64,000 bases of DNA from Octopus bimaculoides (Eukaryota). Position 1 is the first letter of the stretch. Each line of letters begins with the position of its first letter. Position numbers and translations under genes: made by a program. The notes under the pieces are model-generated. The model saw only the letters and a list, made by a program, of their open reading frames with translations. It was not told where the DNA came from and searched no databases. The stretch spans positions 63,333,435 through 63,397,434 of the forward strand of contig NC_068990.1 in assembly GCF_001194135.2 (NCBI RefSeq), read 5' to 3'. This document shows positions 39,498 through 49,747 of the stretch, in pieces.

Positions 39498-39801
39498 AAG
39501 AAGAAAGCCAATTAAACTCCTTCAGCGTGAAAGAACCCCAAAACATGTCATATTCATTCAATCACCAAAATTAAGCGCAGTAAATTATTTATGAACAAAC
39601 CTGAACGACGCTTACATTTTAAGTTTACCCATTTATAATTATCATTTTGTGCAGCGTATTCTGTATATTGAAATGAAAATTTTAAAATAGGTTTTGGCAA
39701 ACAAATTCATCTACCCTCCATTCCCTCTATTAATTTGTCATTTTCAGTTACAGTTTCCAAGAAATATTTCTATAAATATCTGCCTGTATGTCTGTTTGTA
39801 C

Positions 39802-39985
39802 GCAGGAGTGGCTGTGTGGTAAGTAGCTTGCTTACCAACCACATGGTTCCGGGTTCAGTCCCACTGCGTGGCACTTTGGGCAAGTGTCTTCTACTATAGC
39901 CTCGGGCCGACCAAAGCCTTGTGAGTGGAGTTGGTAGACGGAAACTGAAAGAAGCCCGTCGTATATATGTATATATATATATATN
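39802..39985 (+). mobile_element. SINE family B 5' half, runs into a gap
   Basis: Three mismatches over about 160 bp versus the reverse complement of 37920-38079. Confidence 0.93.
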
Positions 39986-40296
39986 NNNNNNNNNNNNNNN
40001 NNNNNNNNNNNNNNNNNNNNNNNNNNNNNNNNNNNNNNNNNNNNNNNNNNNNNNNNNNNNNNNNNNNNNNNNNNNNNNNNNNNNNNNNNNNNNNNNNNNN
40101 NNNNNNNNNNNNNNNNNNNNNNNNNNNNNNNNNNNNNNNNNNNNNNNNNNNNNNNNNNNNNNNNNNNNNNNNNNNNNNNNNNNNNNNNNNNNNNNNNNNN
40201 NNNNNNNNNNNNNNNNNNNNNNNNNNNNNNNNNNNNNNNNNNNNNNNNNNNNNNNNNNNNNNNNNNNNNNNNNNNNNNNNNNNNNNNNNNNNNNNN

Positions 40297-40327
<31 letters not shown>

Positions 40328-40355
40328 GTGTACATACATACATATTCATATATAT

Positions 40356-40720
40356 CTATTCTTTTATTTGTTTCAGTCATATGACTGCGGCCATGCTGGA
40401 GCACCGCCTTTAGTCAAACAAATCGACCCTAGGACTTATTCTTTGTAAGCCTAGTACTTATTCTATCGGTCTCTTTTGCCGAATCACTAAGTTACGGAGA
40501 CGTGGACACACCAACATCGGTTGTCAAGCGATGGCGAGGGGGACAAATACAGACACACAAACATACACACGCACACATATGACGGGCTTCTTTCATTTTC
40601 CGTCTACCAAATCCACTCACAAGGATTTGGTCGGCCCGCGGCAATAGTAGAAGACATCTTCCCAACGTGCCACGCAGTAGGACTGAACCCGGTACCATAT
40701 GGTTGGTGAGCAAGCTACTT
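40356..40720 (-). mobile_element. SINE family B, nearly full length
   Basis: Tail, short microsatellite and head as in 37641-38079. About 20 nt of the 5' end is missing. Confidence 0.9.
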
Positions 40721-40974
40721 TATTTCATAAATTTTGCTACGAAGGCATTACAAAGAGGGGACGAACAAAGACAGACAAACATAAAAAAGCGGAAGTAGCT
40801 GCTAATCGATTAAAAATTTAGGATGATAAATTAATGCAAATAAAATTTCCCAATTCCAAATTACAATTTTACAGACTCGATCCTCATTGCAACTTGCAAT
40901 GGATTCCCTGAAGGAAATACATCCGACCATCAGGGTAGAACCCTTGCTTTCTTTCGGACTCCACTTACCTGGTA

Positions 40975-42150
40975 TCAATCGCTCCTAGCTTTCTTGCGAC
41001 AGGCTTCTATCTTTTCTCGAATATCTCTCGTGACAGGTACCTCTTCTCCAGCCTTACTGCTGGAGGTGGTAACTAAAAAAATTAACCAACCCCTGGCCAG
41101 ATACAAAGGTACCCGTCACTATTCCTCTCACACGCGTCTTTCACACTGTTTCTTTCAGTATGGATACTGCGCAGAAAAAAGCAAGCCTTCCTCTCCCTGT
41201 TAAGGGAAGGAGGCGGTACAATCTCGATGATAGACTCAGCCCATAGCTGTATTCTTCCCATCGATGACAACAGTTGTTCTCTGAAAACCATCGGTCCCGT
41301 TAATTGCGGACATTCCACAAATGCGTGCAAAACGATTTCCTTGTCCTCCCAGCACCTCGGACATGTCGGCGAGACGACACTTCCATGTCTTGACAGTTTA
41401 TCACGAATAAGTGACGCCGCACGGAAGCACTACTAAGCCAGGGATTTCTGGTAATTGTCCAAATACCCCGGCCCGAAAGCTCTCCTGAACAGGTTGATCA
41501 ACTACTTTTCATCGTAGCCCAGGGTTTCCCCCAAGGCATCTTCGGACATAACTTCCACTAACCCGCTATAAAAATCTGCGAGTTTTCGCATCTTCAGCCA
41601 AGGCATCCCTAGCCCACCCTTTAGCAGACAGGGCGCTTCACAAGTGGTTTTCCTCCCTTCTACAAAAAGCGGAAAAGGATTCTCTCCAACTTGTTCAGCC
41701 ACAAATCGGGGCAAGGCACCACAGTCAGATGGTAGTAGATAACTGATGCTATAAACATCTGCACCACCTCTGCCTTTCCTAGCAAGGATAACGCTCGCCC
41801 AGACCAGGTCTGGGTTAGAGCAGTCACCCTGCTAGTCACCTCACTCCAATTTTTCTCTCTGGAGGTCTGGGCCAAGCCAGACTCCAAGCAGCTTAACAGG
41901 ACCTTCTTTCCAACGCCCCACGACGTTATTGGACGCCATCAGCTTGCTCCTTCAGGTGTCGAGTTGCAAACCGACCGACTTGTCCTTGTTAACTTTTGCT
42001 CCTGCCACCGCCTCGTAACGTTTGATAGCCTCTTCCACCACTGGAAGCTGGCCTTCATCCACCACGATGATGGAGAGGTCATCCGCATACGCCGTAGCTC
42101 CTCTGCCACACCACAGATCATTCAGCGTGACCCCTAGTGCCTCCAACGTC
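40975..42150 (-). mobile_element. Tx1/L1-clade LINE ORF2, RT to C-terminus; decayed
   Basis: AYADDLSI...GAKVNKDKS...EKNWSEVTSRV...WSGRALSLLGKAEV...KLERILFRFL...KGGLGMPWL...CPRCWEDKEIVLHAFVECP...LEKRYLSREIFEKR*. Several frameshifts. Confidence 0.88.
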
Positions 42151-42368
42151 CCCCTCGACCACCTCCATGGTGTCTTCCGAGGGAGTTACATGTTCTGGTG
42201 CCACTTTAGAGAGGGTGGGTGTGTTTGATGTTATCGGAACCGGTGTGTGCATGGGCTCGAGTTTTTGGGTATCGTGTTTGAGGGCGGGCACCACAGATGG
42301 GGGAGTGGGAATTTTTGTTTCTTTGTGGACTAATGCGTGTGCGAGTTTGGGGGACTTTTTGAGCAGCT
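42151..42368 (-). mobile_element. Probable Tx1 ORF1 C-terminal low-complexity piece joined to RT
   Basis: Open minus frame LLKKSPKLAHAL...KIPTPPSVVP...HTPVPITSNTPTLSKVAPEHVTPSEDTMEVVEG, GC-rich like the adjacent LINE. The ORF1 assignment is inference. Confidence 0.45.
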
Positions 42369-43664
42369 NNNNNNNNNNNNNNNNNNNNNNNNNNNNNNNN
42401 NNNNNNNNNNNNNNNNNNNNNNNNNNNNNNNNNNNNNNNNNNNNNNNNNNNNNNNNNNNNNNNNNNNNNNNNNNNNNNNNNNNNNNNNNNNNNNNNNNNN
42501 NNNNNNNNNNNNNNNNNNNNNNNNNNNNNNNNNNNNNNNNNNNNNNNNNNNNNNNNNNNNNNNNNNNNNNNNNNNNNNNNNNNNNNNNNNNNNNNNNNNN
42601 NNNNNNNNNNNNNNNNNNNNNNNNATATATATATTCCTTTTTTATAAGATTATCCTATTATCCTACACATTCAATACATTTATCATTAATCTCTCTTATT
42701 TTTAACATTCACTTTTCATTACATTCCATACTTAATCATTATTATGTTTTCTTCTTATTCATCTCTCCTACTCTAGTATAATTTCGTTTCCTTTGCACCC
42801 TCTCTAATTTATTACCTTACCGCTTCTATATTTCTCTTCTTACTACATCTAAAATCTTCTCTTATCTCTCGCCTTAGCAATAGACTACGAAAGTATAGTA
42901 CAATCTTAATTGCCACATTTCCATTTGAAGAACCGCTTTTCCTTATTTTCTCCTTTATTATACTTCCATGTTACATTAATACGGATCTTGAGTAAACAAG
43001 AGTCATTAATCTACTTCCACCTCATTCTTTTTAATTCCTCCTCCTACCCCTTTATCTTCATAAATGACTATATTAACTTCCTAGTATAAGCTATACAGAC
43101 ATAATTTTTTTACGCTAAACTTTCTTCATCTGTTTATTATTTTTTATTTAAAAAATACCAAGTATTGTCTTTTACGGTTAGATTTAATTTACATTAGGTA
43201 ACGTTTCTCATTGAACATTTCTCTAACTAACTCGCCCTATGCTGCATATACAGTGATCTAATTAGCAAATCTATAATAATCTATATAGAGAGTGTTATCA
43301 CTATCTCTATATTTATATCATCCCCTACCCGTTCATCCGTTAGTTGTGGTCTAATAATTGACATGACTCCCATAACTATCACACATAGATAGGAACATAT
43401 AAACATGAAACTCATAGATCCAACTTCTCTGCTCTCTTTTTACGTTCCTGTTATTTTTCTCGGCACTGATGAGTACTATGATATTGACAGATTAAAAAAT
43501 GAGTTTATATCTATGTACGAAACGATTGTATGCATGAATAAGTTTCTTACAACTTTTTATCATCTTATCTCCTCCATTTTTAACAAATATGATTGGATTT
43601 GTAGAATTTCATTCTATAAATTAATCATACACTTAATATATATATATGACCAATTTATTACTGT

Positions 43665-43757
43665 ACTAGGTGACTATTTCGGAGGAGATGATAAAACTTA
43701 GGTTACTTTTTTTTTTAATGTAACTAGTCCGGGAACTTTTTGATACCTCCTCTTTTA
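43665..43757 (+). mobile_element. Mariner 3' end remnant
   Basis: GDYFGGD (like the mariner GDYFEGD terminus) followed by TIR-like ccgggaactttttgatacctcctc, similar to the right TIR at 35640-35662. Confidence 0.55.
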
Positions 43758-45769
43758 TGGAGCGTCCTATATTTATTTCCTATAAAACAAATCAAGGGTG
43801 CTGATGGGACGGTGTTGAAGGACATGTATATGAAGTTATAGTCTGTTTCTCATAATTTTTAAAATGCACAGCTACTTTCCTCTCGTGTATTTCCAAATAC
43901 ATCTGCTTTTTCATTAGACATAAATAAATATGAGCTCCTTTAGGAGGAATAGTGACTAGGATGCACTTTAAGCTATGTAGTAACCGCCAAATGGACAGTA
44001 GTATCCTCTTAGCTCATAAATGAGGAGAGATAAATCGTGTGGTGGTAATTAGTGAAGTCTAATTTCCCCCGACTAAAAATGAAAACATTTTTCTCATTCG
44101 AGACAAATGACTCAAACTATTTACCCATGAAGTTCTGGAAATCTAACGCTCTAGGGCTCTTAAAACTCCAACTCAACAGACAAGTATCCTATAGAAATTA
44201 ACCAGCAAATCTCTCTTCCAAATTCTGCACAAAATTTATCTTCCTCAGTCACAGGATAAACCATTGGTTATGATATCACGTGCATACGAGATGGTGCTGT
44301 GGAGGAAAGAATTTGTCCTTCAAATTTAGTAATATTATGAACATGCTTCCTAAGGGCATCCCAGTTTTGTCTTTAATCTTTTACCTACTATTTATTCCTC
44401 CAGACTACCCAAATTCCAACTAGGCTGCAAAACTTATATCCCTTCCTTTTATTTTGTCCTCTACTTTTTTCATGCTGAATTTATGTGCGTATGTATGTAT
44501 GTATGTATGTATGCATGTATGTATGTGTAGGTGTGTGTGCGTGCATGCGTGTGTGTACATATACACACGTCTACATTTGAATATTCGTCTGGTTGTCTAT
44601 ATAAATTGCGTGTTAAATTTGCTACGACGTATATTCTGTGAGTATTCTTTTAGGCGAGTCACACATAATATAAAATCTATATCTGTCATAATTCTCCCAT
44701 TGATCATAGAAACACGAGGTCGTATTATATCGTGACTTCCAGCATGACAGTAAACCTGTGACAGATTTCGATATGAGATGAGCGTTATGAGTCGCTTCAA
44801 ATTTTGAAATGTCTATCTGGACAGTTGTTCTTCAAGCCCCTTCCTAATTCACTCTTCATGATATATATATATATATATATATATAGTAATGACCACAAGT
44901 AAAACTTAAACCGGTAGAGCTATTCTAGCATCCGAACAAACATATTCACGTTGAAAATTAGATCTAATTTTGGCACCAAACTACACCGCTCTTCCAAGAC
45001 TGCTATAATATTTATTGTAGACACGAATGTATGACTGATGCTCATTATATTGATCTCGGAAGACAAGAAAGCTAAGTACAGATATCAACTCATAAATAGA
45101 AGTAATCTAATTAAGAAGCACAAAGTATATTATCCGAATTTCAATATGTTCTGCTAATCTACCACCATTACAATTATATCTGACATAGGCACAAGATCTG
45201 AGATTTGAGAAAGAAAAAGAGCCGATTATATGTACCAAAGTATTTGACTGGTATCGTTGTATTAGGCAAAATCTCATCAGAGAGGTAGAAAATATATACC
45301 GTTTGGTTATTAGGTGTTGTGTTTTCAAATCATCTCAGCAGAATATTATTTTGCTGTCAATATTGGTATAAACCTGGGCCAGGGGGTCATAGGTTGTTTT
45401 ATTGGGTAATGAGTATATATATATGAGGCGCAACCCGAAGTCGAGTGGTTACATTTGGACATTATTTTGGACAGTTTTTTTTCCTTTTTTTTTTAAATCC
45501 AAAAGTTCACATCATTTTTTTATATATTGTTCATATCTAAAAACAAATTTTTAATCTTTATATTCAATTACGGGTGGTAGGGCATCAAAACACACCGGCC
45601 TGCCCAATGAATCTTATATGAATTTATGAACGTGTCGTATCTATCGACACTCAATATTACACATTTTCCTTCTACCTTAAAATTCTCCCTGGGCAGTTTC
45701 ACCCTTATTACTCCTTTCCATCTGGATATCCTCCTTTCCACATCTACATCCTTTTGGTAGTTAATTAAT

Positions 45770-46365
45770 ATGCTTTATTTTTCAACCCGTGCTTTACCTT
45801 CTCTTGCACTGATTCTTTCTCTCTTGGTTTCGTCTCTATTGTCTGCGTATGCTTGAAAATAGGTGGCTCCCTACCATTTTTGGGCATCCTATCTGGTTCT
45901 ACTGCCGGTCCCTGCGTGTGTTTTCTTGATTTCGCCTTTTTTCCTCTTTTGGGGGCTGCCAAACCCGTCACTCCTCTCCTTTGCCGCTTTCGTTCCGTCT
46001 TCCTTCGGCTTCACTTCCTCTGTATCTCTGGCGCACACCTTTTCGCTTTTGACATCTCCGTCTTTCATTGCTTCAATTGGTACAGGAATTTCCGTTTCTT
46101 TTTGGTCTTTCTCCACAGCCTTCTCACTCTGAGAAGGCTCGTGCTTGGGGCACTGCGTCCTCATGTGGCCTCTCACTCCGCATTCGTAACAATTCGGTCG
46201 ACGAGCCTCAACAATTACTTTCAAGGAACTTTCTCCTGCAATCTCTATTTGGTCGGGATCCTCTCAATGTCTTCGAAAGTGGCAAAAAGCCACATCTCGA
46301 CACTGCATCCCCACCACTTTAACATGCTCGTTAACATGCACTGGTCTCAATTCAGGACTTTCCTC
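45770..46365 (-). mobile_element. Tx1/L1-type ORF1 fragment with a CCHC zinc knuckle
   Basis: ...EDIERI/DQIEIAGESSLKVIVEARRPNCYECGVRGHMRTQCPK (CX2CX4HX4C) followed by a charged low-complexity tail. One frameshift near 46255. Confidence 0.8.
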
Positions 46366-46404
46366 GGTGGCAGCCAGAACACCAATCACTCTGTTATTAT
46401 AATA

Positions 46405-46588
46405 ATAATAACATCGAAAAATACCTTAGGAATGAGAACCCAGGTTCGACATTTTCTCAAGACACCTGATGAAGGCTGGAGGGTATATCAGCCGAAAAGT
46501 GGTGTTAACAACAAGCAATATGAGGACAAATATCCGTCAAATGTAAATAATGTACATAATTCCTCATCTCTTAAATATAGAACTGTAT
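46405..46588 (+). mobile_element. Short non-coding repeat, probably Penelope-related, containing a hammerhead motif
   Basis: Preceded by (ATA)n and contains a hammerhead core. The assignment rests on recalled similarity to an abundant octopus repeat and on the published PLE-hammerhead association. Confidence 0.6.
46461..46506 (+). ncRNA. Minimal type-I hammerhead ribozyme motif, probably inactive in this copy
   Basis: Stem I gacac(46461-65)/gtgtt(46502-06); core CTGATGA(46466-72)+A; stem II ggctg(46474-78)/cagcc(46489-93); GAAA(46494-97). The stem-III/cleavage segment reads AGTG instead of C-GTH. Confidence 0.65.
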
Positions 46589-46589
46589 G

Positions 46590-46835
46590 ATAGAAGCCTG
46601 TCGTTTGTGTATGTGTGTGTGTATTTGTATGTGCGCTTGTTCTCCACCACCATTTGATAATCGATGTTAGTGTGTTTATCTACACGTAAACTAGCGGTTC
46701 GGCAAAAAGAGATCAATATAATAAATACCTAGCTTAAAATGATAGTAATGGGGTCGATTCATTCGACTAAAAATTCTTCAAAGCGGTGCCCTAGCATGGC
46801 TGGAGTCTAATGAGTGAAACATGTAAAAACATATA
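46590..46835 (+). mobile_element. SINE family B, end of head plus microsatellite and tail; degenerate
   Basis: gaagcctgtcg, a (TG)-rich tract, then tagcggttcggcaaaaagaga...ggggtcgattcattcgactaaaaattcttcaaagcggtgccctagcatggc. Confidence 0.8.
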
Positions 46836-47291
46836 AGCTAAAAAGATATTAAAGAATCAAATGTCAAGTGGGTTCAATAAAATAAAACGTTAAATATTTT
46901 GGAAGCTTAAATCATTTGATCATTGTAAAGATAAGCAGGATCCCACGATATTTAGATAACTGGAACTCATCCACGTCGAGATTCATTTATTCGACATGAC
47001 CACTAAAATATCTCCCGGGACAGCAATAAAAAATGCACAGGGAAAGTACACCAAAAACAAAAGAAAATTAAAACATTGGCAGAATATATGCAGTGAAAAT
47101 GCATATGGACTCAAGGACAGAAAAGGCATGAAGAGAACAGTGCAATTAAAACACAAATATTTTGAGCATAATTAGAGAGGATCATATTTACGTACTCACC
47201 CAAAACCATTAGAAATTCGAAGCTACTTGAATTGATCATTACTCTTATTAGTGTTTATAATACTTATCCAGTGTATACATAATGCTTTAAT

Positions 47292-47509
47292 AGTCCTTTC
47301 TACTAAAGGCACAAGGCCTGAAAATTTCAGGGAAGGGACTAGTCGATTACATCGACCCCAGTGTTCAACTGGCACTTAATTTATCGATTCCGAAAGAATG
47401 AAAGGCAAAGTCGACCTCGGCAGAATTTGAACTCAGAACGTAAAGTCGAGCGAAATACCGCTAAGTATCTTGCCTGGCGTGCTTAACGATCCTAGAAGCT
47501 CGCCGCCTT
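47292..47509 (-). mobile_element. SINE family A monomer
   Basis: Full head-to-tail family match on the minus strand. Confidence 0.9.
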
Positions 47510-47629
47510 AAACATAAAGCTTTAGTAATAGCAACGAGTTTTTAAAGAGAGACCAAAATCAACATTCAACAAAAACGCTATAAACTCAAAAATCTGATCA
47601 TCTTGGCATATATATATATTTCTCTACAG

Positions 47630-48830
47630 ACAAATCGTTCACAGGAAAGATTAGCACATTGCCAAAAGAGAAAGTCTATCGAAAAGGATGTATCGCTAAA
47701 AAGATTAGCTACTGCTATTGCATTTACTGACAGTAAACGCAAAACCGTAACAGTAGATTGATTGCCAAAGGCCTTTTACTTGTGTATCATACTTCATGCT
47801 TACTACATATCTTTCTAGACCTGACTATTAAAAAATGTTCTTAACAAAATTGAAGTCGGTTGCAAATATTTCTAGCACATCGCTAAGCATTTCCTATATG
47901 GTAAGATGAATTAAAGATATATACAATATACAACTGACTGGAAAAGAAAACTATAAACTAAAAGTGAAAGAAATGCTAAACGAAAATGTTAGACAAATCT
48001 TTCCATCGTCTGCATCTTCGAATACTGAATAAAGATAGTGTGAGTCAGTATGAAAGTTGAAGACAAAAATGGAAAGCCTGATACTACTTGTACACCAGCA
48101 ATGCCTTAAATGAAATATCATAAAAGACTTAAGTAAGCACTGTGTTCAAGCGTTTCTGCGATTCATAGCTTGTCAATGGGTAACATGCAACAATTGAAAG
48201 TGTTACAAGAAATCACTATGAGAAAGTCAGAACAACGTAATGTTGTGGCTTCATCTGATGGGAAAACTCGACCTTAATCGAAAAGACTTTCGTTCTGGTG
48301 TCATCAACGCGCTGCAAAAGCGTACGGTACATATCGATGACAACAAGCATGCATTAAACCGAATGTATGACAATAGCACAAATGACAAACCCTCAGGTCA
48401 AATAAAGATATCGTCGTTCTTATAGGCAAACATTTTGCACGAAAAGAATTATTCTTAATCTGTCAAAGAACGAGGATCTTGAAATGTAAACAAAGATAAA
48501 AGTAGTACATAATCATGATAATATTTCATGAAAACGAAAAATGAAAATATTTATAAGCCATACGAGGGCTTTCAACTTTTCAGACTACCACATGAACAGT
48601 TCTGCTAATCACAGCCTATCTCCTAAGCATAATGCTTGAAATTCAGAAGCACAACACGCATAATACAGTTTCTGTACAATTCACATAACAAATACCCCAC
48701 AGAATCACTACCCAGGACTGTAACACATCCCATACGAGTGAACGAGGGAGTCTTAAAGTGGTTTCTTAAGTTACTAGAAAAAGTAGCCACACCCACTTCA
48801 CGTCTTCCTTGCTCTGATGACGCATGATGT
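47630..48830 (+). mobile_element. Possible very decayed Penelope-like element
   Basis: Scattered motifs in the expected order: IAKGLL (like LSKGLNF), KPNV*..*QTLRSNKDIVVL (like PNL...L.L....DIVI..DKG), TVTHP (like VT.PY). Many stops. Confidence 0.3.
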
Positions 48831-49317
48831 ATACTATGCACAAATCTTGATAGCCAAAGCTTAACCATATTTGATCAAATATTTGTGCGATCGAGGTTGA
48901 CGTGACGCTAAGTAAGAAAAACAAAATCTCTCACACATCACATATTCTATACATTGATTACTCAATAAAAGAATGCAACATGTACAGCATATTATACTTA
49001 GCCAACATCCTTACACAATCCACACGGCATATTCTACACAATCGATGCCCAAATATACACAGCACATTTTCTACAGAACAACCGTGCAATAAAATAAAAC
49101 GGACATTGTACTCAACCGGCACCATATAATACAATTTGCACAATGCACACAGCTTGACGACAGAACAGTAAAACAAACAACTCACTCATTTTATATATAA
49201 CAAACATTAAAATAATGCCAGATACGATAAAACATACCTTACCGTAAAAGAAACTAGCAATAATATATAAATATTCTTCTACATTCCTATAATATACATG
49301 ATACATATGATAATAAT

Positions 49318-49520
49318 AATCCTTTGTACTATAGGCATTAAACCTGAATTTTTTTTTTAGAAGAGATTAGTCGATTACATTGACTCTATTCTCAACTGAT
49401 ACTTATCTCATTGGCCCCGAAAGAATAACAAACAAAGTCGACCTCGGCGGAATTTGAACTGAGAACGCAAAGCCGGAAGGAATGCCACTAAACTAACATT
49501 TCCGCCAGCTCTCCACCACA
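49318..49520 (-). mobile_element. SINE family A, degenerate
   Basis: Body aaagtcgacctcggcggaatttgaactgagaacg; head end ccgccagctctccacc. Confidence 0.8.
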
Positions 49521-49536
49521 ATCATTATTAAATGAT

Positions 49537-49747
49537 TTCAAATTTTGGCACAAGGCCAGCAACTTCAGGGGAGGACATACGTCGATTACATTGACCTCAG
49601 TGTTCAACTGGTACTTATTTCATCAACCTCCAAAAGATGACAGGTAAAGTTCACCCTGTCGGAATTTGAATTCAGTAAGTAAAGCCGGAAGAAATGCCAC
49701 TGAGCATTTTCTCTGGTGGAGAAATGCCACTGAGCATTTTCTCCGCC
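49537..49747 (-). mobile_element. SINE family A with a local tandem duplication at its 5' end
   Basis: Family tail and body. gaaatgccactgagcattttctc is duplicated at about 49691 and 49720. Confidence 0.8.

Noticed and set aside
45853-46590. 245-aa plus-strand hydrophobic ORF
   Set aside because: It is the antisense shadow of the Tx1 ORF1 fragment running into the hammerhead-bearing repeat.
48814-48845. Second hammerhead (CTGATGA-c-gcat...atgc)
   Set aside because: GAAA is absent (acaaa) and there is no convincing stem I. At best it is a relic.
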